Of a stretch of 64,000 nucleotides of DNA, positions 19,228-29,682 are shown piece after piece (position 1 is the first letter of the stretch; the number at the start of each line of letters is the position of its first letter). The position numbers and the translations under genes were made by a program. Origin of the DNA: a virus (taxonomy: Duplodnaviria; Heunggongvirae; Uroviricota; Caudoviricetes); IMG/VR virus record IMGVR_UViG_2687453623_000004; one strand, written 5' to 3'. The notes beneath the pieces are model-generated. The model saw only the letters and a list, made by a program, of their open reading frames with translations. It was not told where the DNA came from and did not search any database.

Positions 19228-20343
19228 ATGTCAGCCATTCACATTTTTAAAGCCGGTACTCATACCGATATGCACGGCAAAAAACTGCCGTTCACGCCAG
19301 ACGATCTTGCCGCCTGCGTGAAAGCCTATGACCCGTCCGTCCATGAAGCACCACTCGTGATTGGTCATCCCAGAACGGAAGACCCGGCGTGGGGCTGGGT
19401 GAAAGCCCTGTCGCTCAGCGGCGTCGATCTGATGGCAGAGCCTGCCCAGCTGGACCCGCAGTTTGCTGAGATGGTCACCGACGGACGATTCAAAAAAGTG
19501 TCCGCCTCTTTCTACCTCCCGGATTCACCGTCCAATCCGAAGCCCGGCGTGCTCTACCTTCGCCATGTGGGCTTTCTCGGGGCACAGCCACCTTCCGTCA
19601 AGGGGCTGAAACAGGTGTCCTTCAGTGAGCAGGAAGAAGGTGTGGTGGAGTTCGCCGACTGGCAGGCCATCACGAATGCCTCCCTGTGGGGAAAGCTGCG
19701 CGATTTTCTGATCGCCCGCTTCAGTCTGGACGAGGCAGAAAAAGTCCTGCCGGAATGGCAGCTCAACAGTCTGCGCGAAGAGGCGTACCGCGACACACTG
19801 TCGCAGGATGCAGCAGGTGCACAATTCAGTGAGACAGGCCCGGGGCCGTCTTCCGCAAGTAACGAGGAATCATCGATGACAAAAGAAGAGATTGAAGCCC
19901 TTCAGGAGGAGAACCGCCGCCTGAAGCAGCAGGCTGCTGATCGCGATGCGCGTGATGCACAGGTCAGACAGGAGCAACTGCATAAGGACAATGTGGCCTT
20001 TGCAGAAAAACTGGTCGCAGAGGGCCGTCTGGCTCCCCGCGCCTCCTCCGTGGTGGTTGCCCTGCTGGATGCCGTCGCCGGTGGCGACAAGCCGGTGGAG
20101 TTTGCTGAGGGGGAAAGCCGCACACCGCTGGCCACCGCCTTTCGTTCATTGCTCTCCGACGGGGAGCCGGTGATGAATTTCGCCGAACAGGCCACAAAAG
20201 AGCGTGTCGGCGACACGGTGAAGGTGGATGTGGCAGAGTTTGCGGAAGCCGATCCTGAGCGTCTGGCCCTGCATCAGAAAGCAGTGGCCCTGTCCAAAAA
20301 AGAAGGCATCAGCTATGAGGCTGCTGTCGCACGCTGCCTGTAA
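19228..20343 (+). CDS. Head protease / scaffold (Mu I-like)
   Basis: 371 aa; acidic coiled-coil C-terminal half; precedes the major capsid gene. Confidence 0.65.
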   Translation: MSAIHIFKAGTHTDMHGKKLPFTPDDLAACVKAYDPSVHEAPLVIGHPRTEDPAWGWVKALSLSGVDLMAEPAQLDPQFAEMVTDGRFKKVSASFYLPDSPSNPKPGVLYLRHVGFLGAQPPSVKGLKQVSFSEQEEGVVEFADWQAITNASLWGKLRDFLIARFSLDEAEKVLPEWQLNSLREEAYRDTLSQDAAGAQFSETGPGPSSASNEESSMTKEEIEALQEENRRLKQQAADRDARDAQVRQEQLHKDNVAFAEKLVAEGRLAPRASSVVVALLDAVAGGDKPVEFAEGESRTPLATAFRSLLSDGEPVMNFAEQATKERVGDTVKVDVAEFAEADPERLALHQKAVALSKKEGISYEAAVARCL

Positions 20344-20357
20344 TTTAAGGAGAGAGC

Positions 20358-21311
20358 ATGTCTGATTACTTAAAAGGTAAACGTGTCGTTGATCCGGTAC
20401 TGACCAGTATCGCCCGTGGCTATAAAAATGCCGCATTCATCGGCGAACGTATTTTCCCCGTCGTGCTGACGGACAAGGAAGGCGTGCGTGTACCGACCTT
20501 CGGGAAAACCGCCTTTGTGGAATATGACACCGAGCGTGCCGTCGGGGCGGACAGCAATGTTCTGGTCCGTGAAAAAACAGGCACGCTGGACCTGGTGCTG
20601 GGTGAACACGATCTGGCTGCGCCGGTGGACTATCGCGAGCAGGCGGAGTCCATGTTTAACGAAGAGAGCAAGGCCATCCGTCGCGCCACGAATGGCGTGA
20701 ACCTGCGCCGTGAACTTATCGCTGCCCGTCTGGCTCAGGATGAAAAGGTCTACCGTACCGGGCACGTCAAAAAACTGACAGCCAGTGATCGCTGGGCCGG
20801 TGGTAAGGGGGACCCCATCGGGGTGATTGAAGCCGGTATGGAAGCGGTCCGTACGGCCACGGGGCTGCGTCCTAACCTGATGACCATGGGGGCCGGCGTG
20901 ATGGCGCTGCTGAAGTTCCACCCGGCGATTCAGGCCGCCATCGGAGCCAACGAACGCAAGCGCATCACCACAGAAATCCTGCAGGACCTCTTTCAGATCG
21001 AAGAGATCGTCATCGGTGCCCCAGTCTCCCTGCCGTCCATGAAAGCGGCAATGGATAAGAACAGCGTGCCGGCGGATATCTGGGGAGACAATCTGATGCT
21101 GCACTATGTCGGCAAACCGCAGCCGGGGGCGGACAGCGCGGACGAGAACGAGCCGTCCTTCGGCTACACCCTGCGTCGTAAGGGGATGCCTGTTGCCGAC
21201 AAATACGACGGAGCCGGTGGCAAGGTGAAGTACTGCCGTTATACCGATATCTACAAAGTCGCCGTGGTTGGTGGCGATGCCGGGTATCTCATTACCGGTA
21301 TCAGTAAATAA
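20358..21311 (+). CDS. Major capsid protein (Mu T-like)
   Basis: 317 aa; strong RBS GGAGAGA; order and size match the Mu head module. Confidence 0.7.
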   Translation: MSDYLKGKRVVDPVLTSIARGYKNAAFIGERIFPVVLTDKEGVRVPTFGKTAFVEYDTERAVGADSNVLVREKTGTLDLVLGEHDLAAPVDYREQAESMFNEESKAIRRATNGVNLRRELIAARLAQDEKVYRTGHVKKLTASDRWAGGKGDPIGVIEAGMEAVRTATGLRPNLMTMGAGVMALLKFHPAIQAAIGANERKRITTEILQDLFQIEEIVIGAPVSLPSMKAAMDKNSVPADIWGDNLMLHYVGKPQPGADSADENEPSFGYTLRRKGMPVADKYDGAGGKVKYCRYTDIYKVAVVGGDAGYLITGISK

Positions 21312-21320
21312 GGAGGCGTT

Positions 21321-21659
21321 ATGGGAACCACTCAGCAGGTCATTCTGATCACAACCGTAACGGCAGGGGCAGCACTGGCACAGCAGCGTTTTGTCGGGGC
21401 AGATAATACCCCCTGTAAAGCCGGTGCCGCAGCGCTCGGGGTTGCCGAAGTGGATGCTGTTACCGGCGACAGCACGCCGGTGAGCGTTCTGGGCATTATT
21501 GCTGTCGAGGCCGGGGCCGCTGTCAGCCGTGGTGTGGCTGTTCAGTCAGATGCTCAGGCCAGAGCCGTGCCGCAGTCCGGCGACGGTAAATCCTGTGGTA
21601 TTGCACTTGATGAAGCCGGGGGTGAAGGCGACGTCATTCGTATCCTGCGCGGGGTGTGA
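21321..21659 (+). CDS. Small Ala/Gly/Val-rich head-associated protein (decoration/cement-like)
   Basis: 112 aa directly after the capsid gene. Confidence 0.4.
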   Translation: MGTTQQVILITTVTAGAALAQQRFVGADNTPCKAGAAALGVAEVDAVTGDSTPVSVLGIIAVEAGAAVSRGVAVQSDAQARAVPQSGDGKSCGIALDEAGGEGDVIRILRGV

Positions 21660-21660
21660 C

Positions 21661-22107
21661 ATGTACTGCACCCTGGAGGATTTGCTTGCGCAGGTGCCGG
21701 AGCGGACGCTTATCGAGCTCACCAGTGAAGAGATGGACTTCGACTCACCTGCAACAGTGAATACCCGTGTGGTGGACAGCTGTATCCGCTATGCCGACGA
21801 GCTGATTGATGCCCATCTGCGCGGACGCTATATCCTGCCACTGGCAGAGATACCGACTGTTCTGCGGGACATTGCCATCACGCTGGTCCGTTACCGGCTC
21901 TACGCCCGCCGCCCGGAAGGTGACCTCCCGGATACGGTGAAGGATGACCACAAAGAAGCGCTGCGGCAACTCAGGGAGTTACGTGATAACAGGCTCACGC
22001 TGGGGCTGCCGTCCACTCAGAAAGATGTGCCTGAGCCTGGCGAGTTTCGTGTACGCAGTCGCCCGGCCACTTTCGGCGGTCGTGACGGTTTACTGGAGAA
22101 ATACTGA
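21661..22107 (+). CDS. Head-tail connector protein (Mu gp36-like)
   Basis: Start taken at internal Met (MYCTLEDLL); follows the head genes. Confidence 0.45.
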   Translation: MYCTLEDLLAQVPERTLIELTSEEMDFDSPATVNTRVVDSCIRYADELIDAHLRGRYILPLAEIPTVLRDIAITLVRYRLYARRPEGDLPDTVKDDHKEALRQLRELRDNRLTLGLPSTQKDVPEPGEFRVRSRPATFGGRDGLLEKY

Positions 22108-22571
22108 TGAACGTTCTGCCCGTCCTTGATGCGGTACTGGCCCGGTTACGCGAGAAGCTGCCGCAACTGCAGGTGGAGTACTTCCCGGAGAAACCGGCTG
22201 AATATCGCCTGAACCATCCGGTTGGCGCGTTGCTGTTGAGCTATGCCGGTTCGCGCTTTGACAGGCCGGATGATACCGGTGCGGTGATCCAGTCTCAGAC
22301 TATCCAGCTCTGCGTCACGGTGGTCTTCCGCCAGCTCAACGGTAAAAAAGGGGCGATTAATGTCCTGGATGCTGTCCGCCGCATTCTCGGTGGCCACACC
22401 CCGCCCGGCTGCCGCCGCCGTATCTGGCTGACCCGCGAGGTGTTTATCGGTGAAGTCAGGGGGCTGTGGCAGTACGCCCTCGACTTCGCGACTGAAAGCG
22501 TCTTTATCGAAGACAGCGATTTACCGTCCGGCCCGCTGTTAACCGAAGTGAACTATGAGGAAAGCGAGTGA
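22107..22571 (+). CDS. Head-tail joining protein (Mu gp37-like)
   Basis: 154-aa ORF, coupled. Confidence 0.45.
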   Translation: MNVLPVLDAVLARLREKLPQLQVEYFPEKPAEYRLNHPVGALLLSYAGSRFDRPDDTGAVIQSQTIQLCVTVVFRQLNGKKGAINVLDAVRRILGGHTPPGCRRRIWLTREVFIGEVRGLWQYALDFATESVFIEDSDLPSGPLLTEVNYEESE

Positions 22572-22822
22572 TGAAAGAATACCGCTATTCCGGCCCGGCC
22601 AGCGGCGTCACGCTGTCGGACGGAACCGAAATCCTGCTCTGGCCGGGGAAGACGGTTTCCCTGCCGGAGGAGCATGACTACGTGAAGGTACTGGTGGCGC
22701 TGAAACATCTGACGCCGGTACCTGAAGAGACTAAACCCGCCGGCACACCGGCTGTGCAGTCACCAAAGCGCAGAAGCAGCAGTGACAGCGAAGTGAAAAC
22801 GGAGGACACCCATGGCAGCTAA
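22568..22822 (+). CDS. Small tail-associated protein (Mu gp38-like)
   Basis: 84-aa ORF preceding the sheath gene. Confidence 0.4.
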   Translation: MMKEYRYSGPASGVTLSDGTEILLWPGKTVSLPEEHDYVKVLVALKHLTPVPEETKPAGTPAVQSPKRRSSSDSEVKTEDTHGS

Positions 22823-24239
22823 CTATCTGCATGGTCCCGAAACCATTGAGGTGGAAAACGGTGCCCGCCCGGTTAAAACGGTGAAATCTGCCGTTATTGG
22901 CCTGATTGGTACCGCCCCGATGGGGGATGTCAATACGCTGGTACAGTGCCTGTCTGAGAAAGACGCAGCGGCATTTGGCAGCCAGTTCACCGGCTTTACC
23001 ATTCCGCAGGCGCTGGATGCGATTTATGACCATGGTGCAGGCACCGTTCTGGTCATTAACGTCCTCGACCCGGCGAAACATAAAACGGCGATCGAGGATG
23101 AGGTGGTTACCTTTGACAAATCGACAGGGCAGGCCAGACTGGCGCATCCGGTTGTCGCTAATGTGGTGGTGAAAAACAGTGAAGGCAGCACCACCCACAC
23201 GGCGAACACGGACTACCGTGTTGATGCGCAGGCGGGTGTGCTCACGAACCTGGGCAAGGCTATTGAGGCCGGTGGCAGCGTGAAGGTGAGCTATGAGTAC
23301 GCGGACCCGTCGAAGGTGACTGCGGCGGACATCATCGGCGGGGTGAACAGCGCCGGAAACCGAACCGGCATGAAGCTGCTTAACGACAGCTTCAACCTGT
23401 ACGGCTATTTCGCCAAAATTCTGATTGCGCCGGTGTTCTGCACCCAGAAGAGTGTCGCAGTTGAGCTTATCGCCATGGCAGAGAAGCTGGGCGCGGTAAC
23501 CTACATTGATGCGCCTGTCGGTACCACCTTTGCACAGGCTCTGGCAGGTCGTGGCCCGGAAGGCACCATCAACTTCAATACCAGCTCCGACCGCGTCCGT
23601 CTGTGCTATCCGCATGTGAAGGTATATGACCCGGTGACAAACACAGAGCGTCTGGAGCCGCTCAGCCAGCGTGCAGCAGGTCTGCGTGCCAGAGTCGATC
23701 TGGACAAGGGCTACTGGTGGTCATCCTCCAATCAGGAGATTCTGGGGATCACCGGCGTGGAGCGCCAGCTGTCCGCGATGATTGATGACCCGCAGAGTGA
23801 GGTGAACCTGCTTAACGAACAGGGGATCACCACGGTATTCAGCAGTTACGGCAGCGGCCTTCGTCTGTGGGGTAACCGGACGGCAGCATGGCCAACGGTC
23901 ACCCATATGCGTAACTTTGAGAACGTTCGCCGCACCGGTGATGTGATCAACGAGTCCATTCGTTATTTCAGCCAGCAGTACATCGACATGCCGATTACTC
24001 AGGCGCTGATTGATGCACTGACGGAGTCGGTCAACGCCTACGGTCGCAAAATGACTGGTGATGGTGCGGTACTGGGCTTCCGTTGCTGGTTTGATCCGGC
24101 CCGCAATCCGGAGACGGAGCTGGCCGCCGGGCACCTGTTGCTGAGCTACAAATATACGCCACCACCGCCGCTGGAGCGACTGACGTTTGAGACTGAGATC
24201 ACCTCGGAATACCTGTTAACCCTGAAAGGGGGCAACTGA
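22812..24239 (+). CDS. Contractile tail sheath protein
   Basis: 475 aa; followed by the tube gene. Confidence 0.75.
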   Translation: MAANYLHGPETIEVENGARPVKTVKSAVIGLIGTAPMGDVNTLVQCLSEKDAAAFGSQFTGFTIPQALDAIYDHGAGTVLVINVLDPAKHKTAIEDEVVTFDKSTGQARLAHPVVANVVVKNSEGSTTHTANTDYRVDAQAGVLTNLGKAIEAGGSVKVSYEYADPSKVTAADIIGGVNSAGNRTGMKLLNDSFNLYGYFAKILIAPVFCTQKSVAVELIAMAEKLGAVTYIDAPVGTTFAQALAGRGPEGTINFNTSSDRVRLCYPHVKVYDPVTNTERLEPLSQRAAGLRARVDLDKGYWWSSSNQEILGITGVERQLSAMIDDPQSEVNLLNEQGITTVFSSYGSGLRLWGNRTAAWPTVTHMRNFENVRRTGDVINESIRYFSQQYIDMPITQALIDALTESVNAYGRKMTGDGAVLGFRCWFDPARNPETELAAGHLLLSYKYTPPPPLERLTFETEITSEYLLTLKGGN

Positions 24240-24760
24240 TGTCAAAGATTGAGATAAACCGCATCACGAATGCCAACATCTATCTGGATGGTACTAACCT
24301 GCTGGGACGGGCTGAGGAAGTTAAACTCCCCGATGTCTCCATGATTATGCAGGAACACAAGGCGCTGGGGATGGTGGGTAAGGTGGAACTCCCGGCTGGT
24401 TTTGACAAACTGGAAGGCGAAATCAAATGGAACAGCTTTTACCGCGATGCGATGCTGTCTGCCGCGAACCCGTACAGGTCGCTGGCACTGCAGTGTCGTT
24501 CCAGCGTCCAGCGCTACAGCTCGCAGGGGCTGATTGACGAAATCCCGCTGGTCACCTTCCTGACGATTATGTTCAAGAAGAACCCGCTGGGGACGTTCAA
24601 ACAGCACGAGAACGCCGAGTTCTCCAGTAGCTTCACCTGCACGTATATCAGACAGGTACTGGATGGTGAAGAGCTGCTGCAACTGGACTATCTGGCCAAC
24701 ATCTTCCGGGTCGGCGGTGTTGATCAACTGACTGACTACCGTATCAATATCGGGGGCTGA
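24239..24760 (+). CDS. Tail tube protein
   Basis: 173 aa immediately after the sheath gene. Confidence 0.7.
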   Translation: MSKIEINRITNANIYLDGTNLLGRAEEVKLPDVSMIMQEHKALGMVGKVELPAGFDKLEGEIKWNSFYRDAMLSAANPYRSLALQCRSSVQRYSSQGLIDEIPLVTFLTIMFKKNPLGTFKQHENAEFSSSFTCTYIRQVLDGEELLQLDYLANIFRVGGVDQLTDYRINIGG

Positions 24761-24762
24761 CG

Positions 24763-25044
24763 GTGAGTGTTGAACTGACGGATAAAGGAGGACGATGTGC
24801 GGCACTGGGCATGTCAAATGGTACGTGGTTTACCCTCCTTGATATTCCGGGGGTGGAAACCCTTTTTAATACCCGTAAAACCAATGACCCGATTGACTGC
24901 ACACGTTCAAAGGCCCGCAAACTGGCGGATTTGATTGAAGCATGGGAGCCTCCCGACCACTGGTTCTCCGGCATCGGCAAATCTGAGGGAAAGACGCTTC
25001 TCATCGCTTTCCTGCGTAACTGCAAGGGGTTTCGCACTTGCTGA
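24763..25044 (+). CDS. Hypothetical protein (GTG start)
   Basis: 93-aa ORF after the tube gene. Confidence 0.3.
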   Translation: MSVELTDKGGRCAALGMSNGTWFTLLDIPGVETLFNTRKTNDPIDCTRSKARKLADLIEAWEPPDHWFSGIGKSEGKTLLIAFLRNCKGFRTC

Positions 25045-25141
25045 CATCACAGGGGCTCCGGCCCCTTCTTCTTAATCTCCTTTAATATCCGTCACGCGCT
25101 TCTCCCGACATACTGCCCTGAACTTACACAGGAGCACAATC

Positions 25142-25477
25142 ATGTCACAGACCCCATCCGATACTTTTAAATTGTCTTATCCCTTCACCACTGCTGCAGG
25201 CACCAGAATTGAGCTGGTTGAACTGAAACGCCTGACGGTAAAAGACCTGAAGCAGGTGCGCAAAATCAGCAAAAACCCGGCAGACTGGGACGAACCGCTG
25301 ATTGCCCGCAGTACTGGTCTTCTCCCGGAGGATCTCGACAATATGGATCTGGCTGATTACCTGCAGTTACAGAAACGATTTCAGCTCATCACGGGGATGG
25401 GTGAGAGCAACCAGGGCGCTGACGCAGGCGCAGGGGCTGCTGGCGAGATGGTTCCGGTTTCAGCCGGGGGAGATTGA
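25142..25477 (+). CDS. Putative tail assembly chaperone
   Basis: 111-aa ORF between tube and tape measure, overlapped by an 85-aa ORF in another frame (25302-25559). Confidence 0.4.
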   Translation: MSQTPSDTFKLSYPFTTAAGTRIELVELKRLTVKDLKQVRKISKNPADWDEPLIARSTGLLPEDLDNMDLADYLQLQKRFQLITGMGESNQGADAGAGAAGEMVPVSAGGD

Positions 25478-25634
25478 TGCCCTCGATACTGACGATCTGG
25501 AGATGTGGCTGGAGCAGGCTGAAGAGCAAATCAAAAGCGAGTACGGCGACAAATCATAGTACAGACAGCCGCCAGTAGCGGCTGTTCTGCGTTATCCCCT
25601 CACGTCTTTTCACCTTCCCCGGAGGTTAACCACT

Positions 25635-28586
25635 ATGTCGGGACAGTTTTCAGTCGGCGTTGTTATCGGCGGGATGATTGGCAGCACATTCCGTTCTGCA
25701 ATGAGCGGTACCCGCCGTGCGCTTGATTCCCTGAGCGATACCTCACGCCGCCTGCAGGAACGTCAGAACGCTTTAACCCGTGCAACAGAACGTTATGGTC
25801 AACTGGGTTCTTCCCGGATGCAGCATCTCAACAGCGAGCTGCTGCGGGTAAGCCGCACCATGGAGCAAATTGAGCGCCAGCAGCGCCGTCTGTCAGCGGC
25901 ATCCGCTACCAGTGATGCGCTGAAAGCTAACCGCATGGCGCTGTATGGTCAGGGGATTGAAGCGTATGGCATGGCACAGACTGTTTATCATACGGTTTCC
26001 CCTGCCGTTCAGCAGTCCATGTCTTTTCAGGACAAAATGATTGATATGTCGATCACCGCAAAATATGACAATAAAACGCGGGATGCACTTGCCGGACAGA
26101 TAAAAGGCTGGGCGCTTAAATACAATCAGTATCAGGATGAGCTGCAGGAGGCGATGGGTTCACTCATCAGCGACAATATTGATAATGTGTCAGATATCGG
26201 TTTTCTGATGCCGGATATTGCCCGCGCGGCAACGGCAACACGCACGTCTGCTCAGGACTGGGCAAAAGTGGCCGCAGTCTGGCAAAACTCCCTGAAAGGC
26301 GCGGCCAGAGATTTTGGTGCCGTTCAGAATATTATGGCTTATGCCGGTGACCAGGGGTCATTTGAAATCCCGGATCAGGTCAAGTGGATGCAGTCCCTGG
26401 CCCCAATGATGGCGGGTATTGCCAGTGGAAAAGAGGCTGTTGCTGAAATCGGGGCCAGTCTCCAGATAGCAAAAATCGGTGCAGGTTCCACCGACGAAGC
26501 AGCCAATAATTTTAAAAACTTTCTTACCAAAATTTTTGCCCGCGATACTCAGAAACAGTTTGCTGATCTGGGTATTGATTTGCAGGGATCTATTGCGAGT
26601 TATAAAGCTGCGGGGATCTCTCCGATTGAAGGGATGTTGAGTGTTATAGAACGTTACCTCAATGCCAAAAGCCCCGAAGCGCTGGCCGGCTTCAAATCAG
26701 CCATGAAAATAAAGAATGATACGGCAAGAGATGAGGCACTTCAGGCTCTGGCGAAAAACTTTGGTCTGGGCGATATGTTCGCGGATATGCAGGTCATGGC
26801 ATTTATCCGCCCGATGCTGGCCAACATGGACAGATATCGAGAGATCCGTGCCGGTGCTCTCAGGGCTGCGGATAACGATTTGCTTGCCAGTGCTTATGAT
26901 CAGCGGCTGAAATCTCCCCTTGAAGCCACTAAAACACTTATGGTCAGCAGTCGCGATCTGGCAATTACGCTGGGCGATCAATTAGCTCCATCTTTTATTT
27001 CTCTGACTCAGGACTTGCTCCCACTCATTCAGGGGACAAAACACTGGGTGGCGACTCACCCGCAATTTGTCAGTGGGGCTTTTAAGCTCATCAGTGCGCT
27101 CCTTGCGATTAAGATAGCGACTGTTGGTCTCAAACTGGGGCTGAATCTCCTTATTTCCCCCTTTGTGAACGTCTGGAAAACTGCTGTTTTACTCCGGACC
27201 AACTGGCATCGACTGACTACCGCACTCGGAGAAGGTGGCAAATTACGCTGGCTTGTCACTGGATTCAGCCGACTGACCAGCGGAGGACTGAAACTCAGCA
27301 AAGTTCTGGCGGGCAGCCTCGTTCGCGGTTTTATGAGCGCTGCACGTGCCGTTCTCTGGATTGGGCGAGCGCTGATGATGAATCCCATCGGTCTCGTTAT
27401 CACCGCTGTCGCGGCAGCAGCTTACCTTATCTACCGCAACTGGGGGGCAGTCAGTGGCTGGTTTAAACAGCGCTGGGCTGACATTCAGGAAGCCTTTAAC
27501 GGCGGTATCGCGGGAACTGGTAAGCTGCTGATTAACTGGTCGCCGGCAGGCCTGCTCTATAAAGCCTTTGCGGCTGCGCTGAAATATTTCGGCGTTACTC
27601 TGCCGGCAAAGTTCACCGACTTCGGTGGCCATCTTATCGACGGTTTGATTAACGGTATCAAAAACAAATGGGGGTCGCTCAAATCCAGTGTAACCGGAAT
27701 GGGTGACAGCATCAGTAGCTGGTTTAAACAATGCTGGGCTGACATTCAGGAAGCCTTTAACGGCGGTATCGCGGGAACTGGTAAGCTGCTGATTAACTGG
27801 TCGCCGGCAGGTCTGCTCTATAAAGCCTTTGCAGCTGCGCTGAAATATCTTGGTGTTGATCTGCCGGCAAAGTTTACCGACTTCGGTGGCCATCTTGTCG
27901 ATGGTCTGATTAACGGTATCAAAAACAAATGGGAGTCGCTCAAATCCAGTGTAACCGGAATGGGCGACAGCATCAGTGGCTGGTTCAGCGAAAAGCTGGG
28001 CATTCATTCGCCGAGCCGCGTGTTTATGGGCTTTGGTGACAATATCGCGCAGGGGGCCGCCATTGGCCTGCAGCGGACCACTCCGCTTGCAGCTCTGGCC
28101 GGGCAGCGAATGGCCAGTGAACTGCTCCCCAGAATGCCCGTGAGCATTCAGGGGCCAGAAATACGGGATAACACTTCAGGTGTTCGCTTCAGTATGCCGT
28201 TGCCCGATATCAATGGGTTTATGTCGTCTGCTAAAAATGCGATCGGAGCCGTAATCAATAGTTTGTCTTCCATGCCCGCTATTCCGCTCTCCACCCGGGC
28301 ATCGATTTTACCAGGGCAACGTCTGGCAAATGAGATGACACCGGATGTTCCCCGTATCCCCTCGCCTGAAATCCTGGCTGCCGGATATTCAGGCCGTGGT
28401 GCAGCTGCAACCGGCGGTGGAACGTCTGGTGGTATCCAGGTCAGCTTTAATCCTCAGTTTTTCCTCAATGGCAGGGAAACCACAGCGCCTGCAGGACTGA
28501 CTGGTGCCCTGAATATGAGTCTGCATGAGCTGGAAAAAATGCTGGAGCGTCTGCTGGCTCAGAAACAACGTAAGGAGTACCGCTGA
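25635..28586 (+). CDS. Tail tape measure protein carrying an internal in-frame tandem duplication
   Basis: 983 aa; helical N-terminal half, hydrophobic segments; 87-aa unit repeated twice. Confidence 0.75.
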   Translation: MSGQFSVGVVIGGMIGSTFRSAMSGTRRALDSLSDTSRRLQERQNALTRATERYGQLGSSRMQHLNSELLRVSRTMEQIERQQRRLSAASATSDALKANRMALYGQGIEAYGMAQTVYHTVSPAVQQSMSFQDKMIDMSITAKYDNKTRDALAGQIKGWALKYNQYQDELQEAMGSLISDNIDNVSDIGFLMPDIARAATATRTSAQDWAKVAAVWQNSLKGAARDFGAVQNIMAYAGDQGSFEIPDQVKWMQSLAPMMAGIASGKEAVAEIGASLQIAKIGAGSTDEAANNFKNFLTKIFARDTQKQFADLGIDLQGSIASYKAAGISPIEGMLSVIERYLNAKSPEALAGFKSAMKIKNDTARDEALQALAKNFGLGDMFADMQVMAFIRPMLANMDRYREIRAGALRAADNDLLASAYDQRLKSPLEATKTLMVSSRDLAITLGDQLAPSFISLTQDLLPLIQGTKHWVATHPQFVSGAFKLISALLAIKIATVGLKLGLNLLISPFVNVWKTAVLLRTNWHRLTTALGEGGKLRWLVTGFSRLTSGGLKLSKVLAGSLVRGFMSAARAVLWIGRALMMNPIGLVITAVAAAAYLIYRNWGAVSGWFKQRWADIQEAFNGGIAGTGKLLINWSPAGLLYKAFAAALKYFGVTLPAKFTDFGGHLIDGLINGIKNKWGSLKSSVTGMGDSISSWFKQCWADIQEAFNGGIAGTGKLLINWSPAGLLYKAFAAALKYLGVDLPAKFTDFGGHLVDGLINGIKNKWESLKSSVTGMGDSISGWFSEKLGIHSPSRVFMGFGDNIAQGAAIGLQRTTPLAALAGQRMASELLPRMPVSIQGPEIRDNTSGVRFSMPLPDINGFMSSAKNAIGAVINSLSSMPAIPLSTRASILPGQRLANEMTPDVPRIPSPEILAAGYSGRGAAATGGGTSGGIQVSFNPQFFLNGRETTAPAGLTGALNMSLHELEKMLERLLAQKQRKEYR
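27446..27967 (+). repeat. Two tandem 261-bp near-identical units inside the tape measure gene
   Basis: Unit boundaries GCTGGTTTAAACAGCGCTGGGC at 27457 and GCTGGTTTAAACAATGCTGGGC at 27718; protein repeat SWFKQ(R/C)WADIQEAFNGGIAGTGKLLINWSPAGLLYKAFAAALKY... Confidence 0.8.
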
Positions 28587-29470
28587 TGTTTGCCGTACTG
28601 GGTGATATTGAGTTTGAGCTGATTACCTACTGGGACGGCTTCGAGGCCACGTTCGGCGTCGATTATGCGGAGCATGCCCGCATCGGGGGTAAGCCTGGTC
28701 TGCAGTTCGTCGGCGACAGGCTGGACGAAATCCAGATAACTCTGGTTTTCCATCAGCATTATTGTGTACCCGATGTGGAGCTGGCGAGACTGCGAACAGC
28801 CATGAAAGCCCATCAGGCACTGGCGCTGGTCTTCGGCAACGGTGACTATCGCGGCTGGTTCGTGATCACCGATGTGACTGCAACCAGCGAGCAGACTGAC
28901 AGTACCGGCAACGTGCTGGCTGTCAGTGCCACCGTGTCTCTCCGGGAATACACCGGTGACCCGAAAAATCCTCTGCAACCACCGGCAATACGCACGAAGC
29001 TCCCGGGTGTCGGGGCGGTCTCCGGTGCCATACCTTCACCTTCAGGGGTGGCGCAGTTCATCCGCAACGGCGTCAACTATGCGAAACAGGCGCAGTCTGT
29101 ACTCCAGACCACTATCAGCGCCGTTCGGGTGACACAGAAAATGAAGGATAACCCCGTTGTCGCACTGACCCGTGTGCCGGGGCTGATGAGCGGACTGGGT
29201 AATATCTCCGGGGCTCTGGGGAAAAGTGTTCCGGCGTTTAACGCACTCTCTGAATCCATGCCCGATGCCATCAGTCTGGCCAGAACAGCCAGCGAAGCAG
29301 CCACGTATGTACAGCAGGCACAGTCTGCGCTGAGTGGTGTGGACAAAAGAAATATTGCAGGTGCTCTGGATACCGTTTCCGGGCAGCTTAACGCCGTCGG
29401 CACAGCATTCAACCGCATGTCTCCGGGATTAAGTGCAATGGCCGCCAGAATACTGACGAGGAGTGTGTGA
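28586..29470 (+). CDS. DNA circularisation protein (Mu N-like)
   Basis: 294 aa directly after the tape measure. Confidence 0.6.
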   Translation: MFAVLGDIEFELITYWDGFEATFGVDYAEHARIGGKPGLQFVGDRLDEIQITLVFHQHYCVPDVELARLRTAMKAHQALALVFGNGDYRGWFVITDVTATSEQTDSTGNVLAVSATVSLREYTGDPKNPLQPPAIRTKLPGVGAVSGAIPSPSGVAQFIRNGVNYAKQAQSVLQTTISAVRVTQKMKDNPVVALTRVPGLMSGLGNISGALGKSVPAFNALSESMPDAISLARTASEAATYVQQAQSALSGVDKRNIAGALDTVSGQLNAVGTAFNRMSPGLSAMAARILTRSV

Positions 29471-29682
29471 TGTTTCTTGAACATGTTACCCGTGACGGAG
29501 AGCGCTGGGATTCGCTGGCATGGCAGTACTACGGTGACCCGCTGGGCTATCCCCGGATTATTGCCGCCAATCCGCACGTGGCCATCACGCCGGTGCTGCC
29601 CTCCGGGCTGTTGTTACTGATCCCGGTGATTGAGGCTGAAGAAGCCCGTACAGAAGAGGATATTGCCCCATGGCTGAGATAA
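29467..29682 (+). CDS. Small tail protein (P2 gpX-like)
   Basis: 71 aa, coupled. Confidence 0.4.
   Translation: MMFLEHVTRDGERWDSLAWQYYGDPLGYPRIIAANPHVAITPVLPSGLLLLIPVIEAEEARTEEDIAPWLR

Noticed and set aside
27446-27967. Tandem repeats that could be mistaken for a CRISPR-like or VNTR array
   Set aside because: Only two long (261-bp) units, no spacer/repeat alternation, and they lie in frame inside the tape measure gene; this is a coding duplication.
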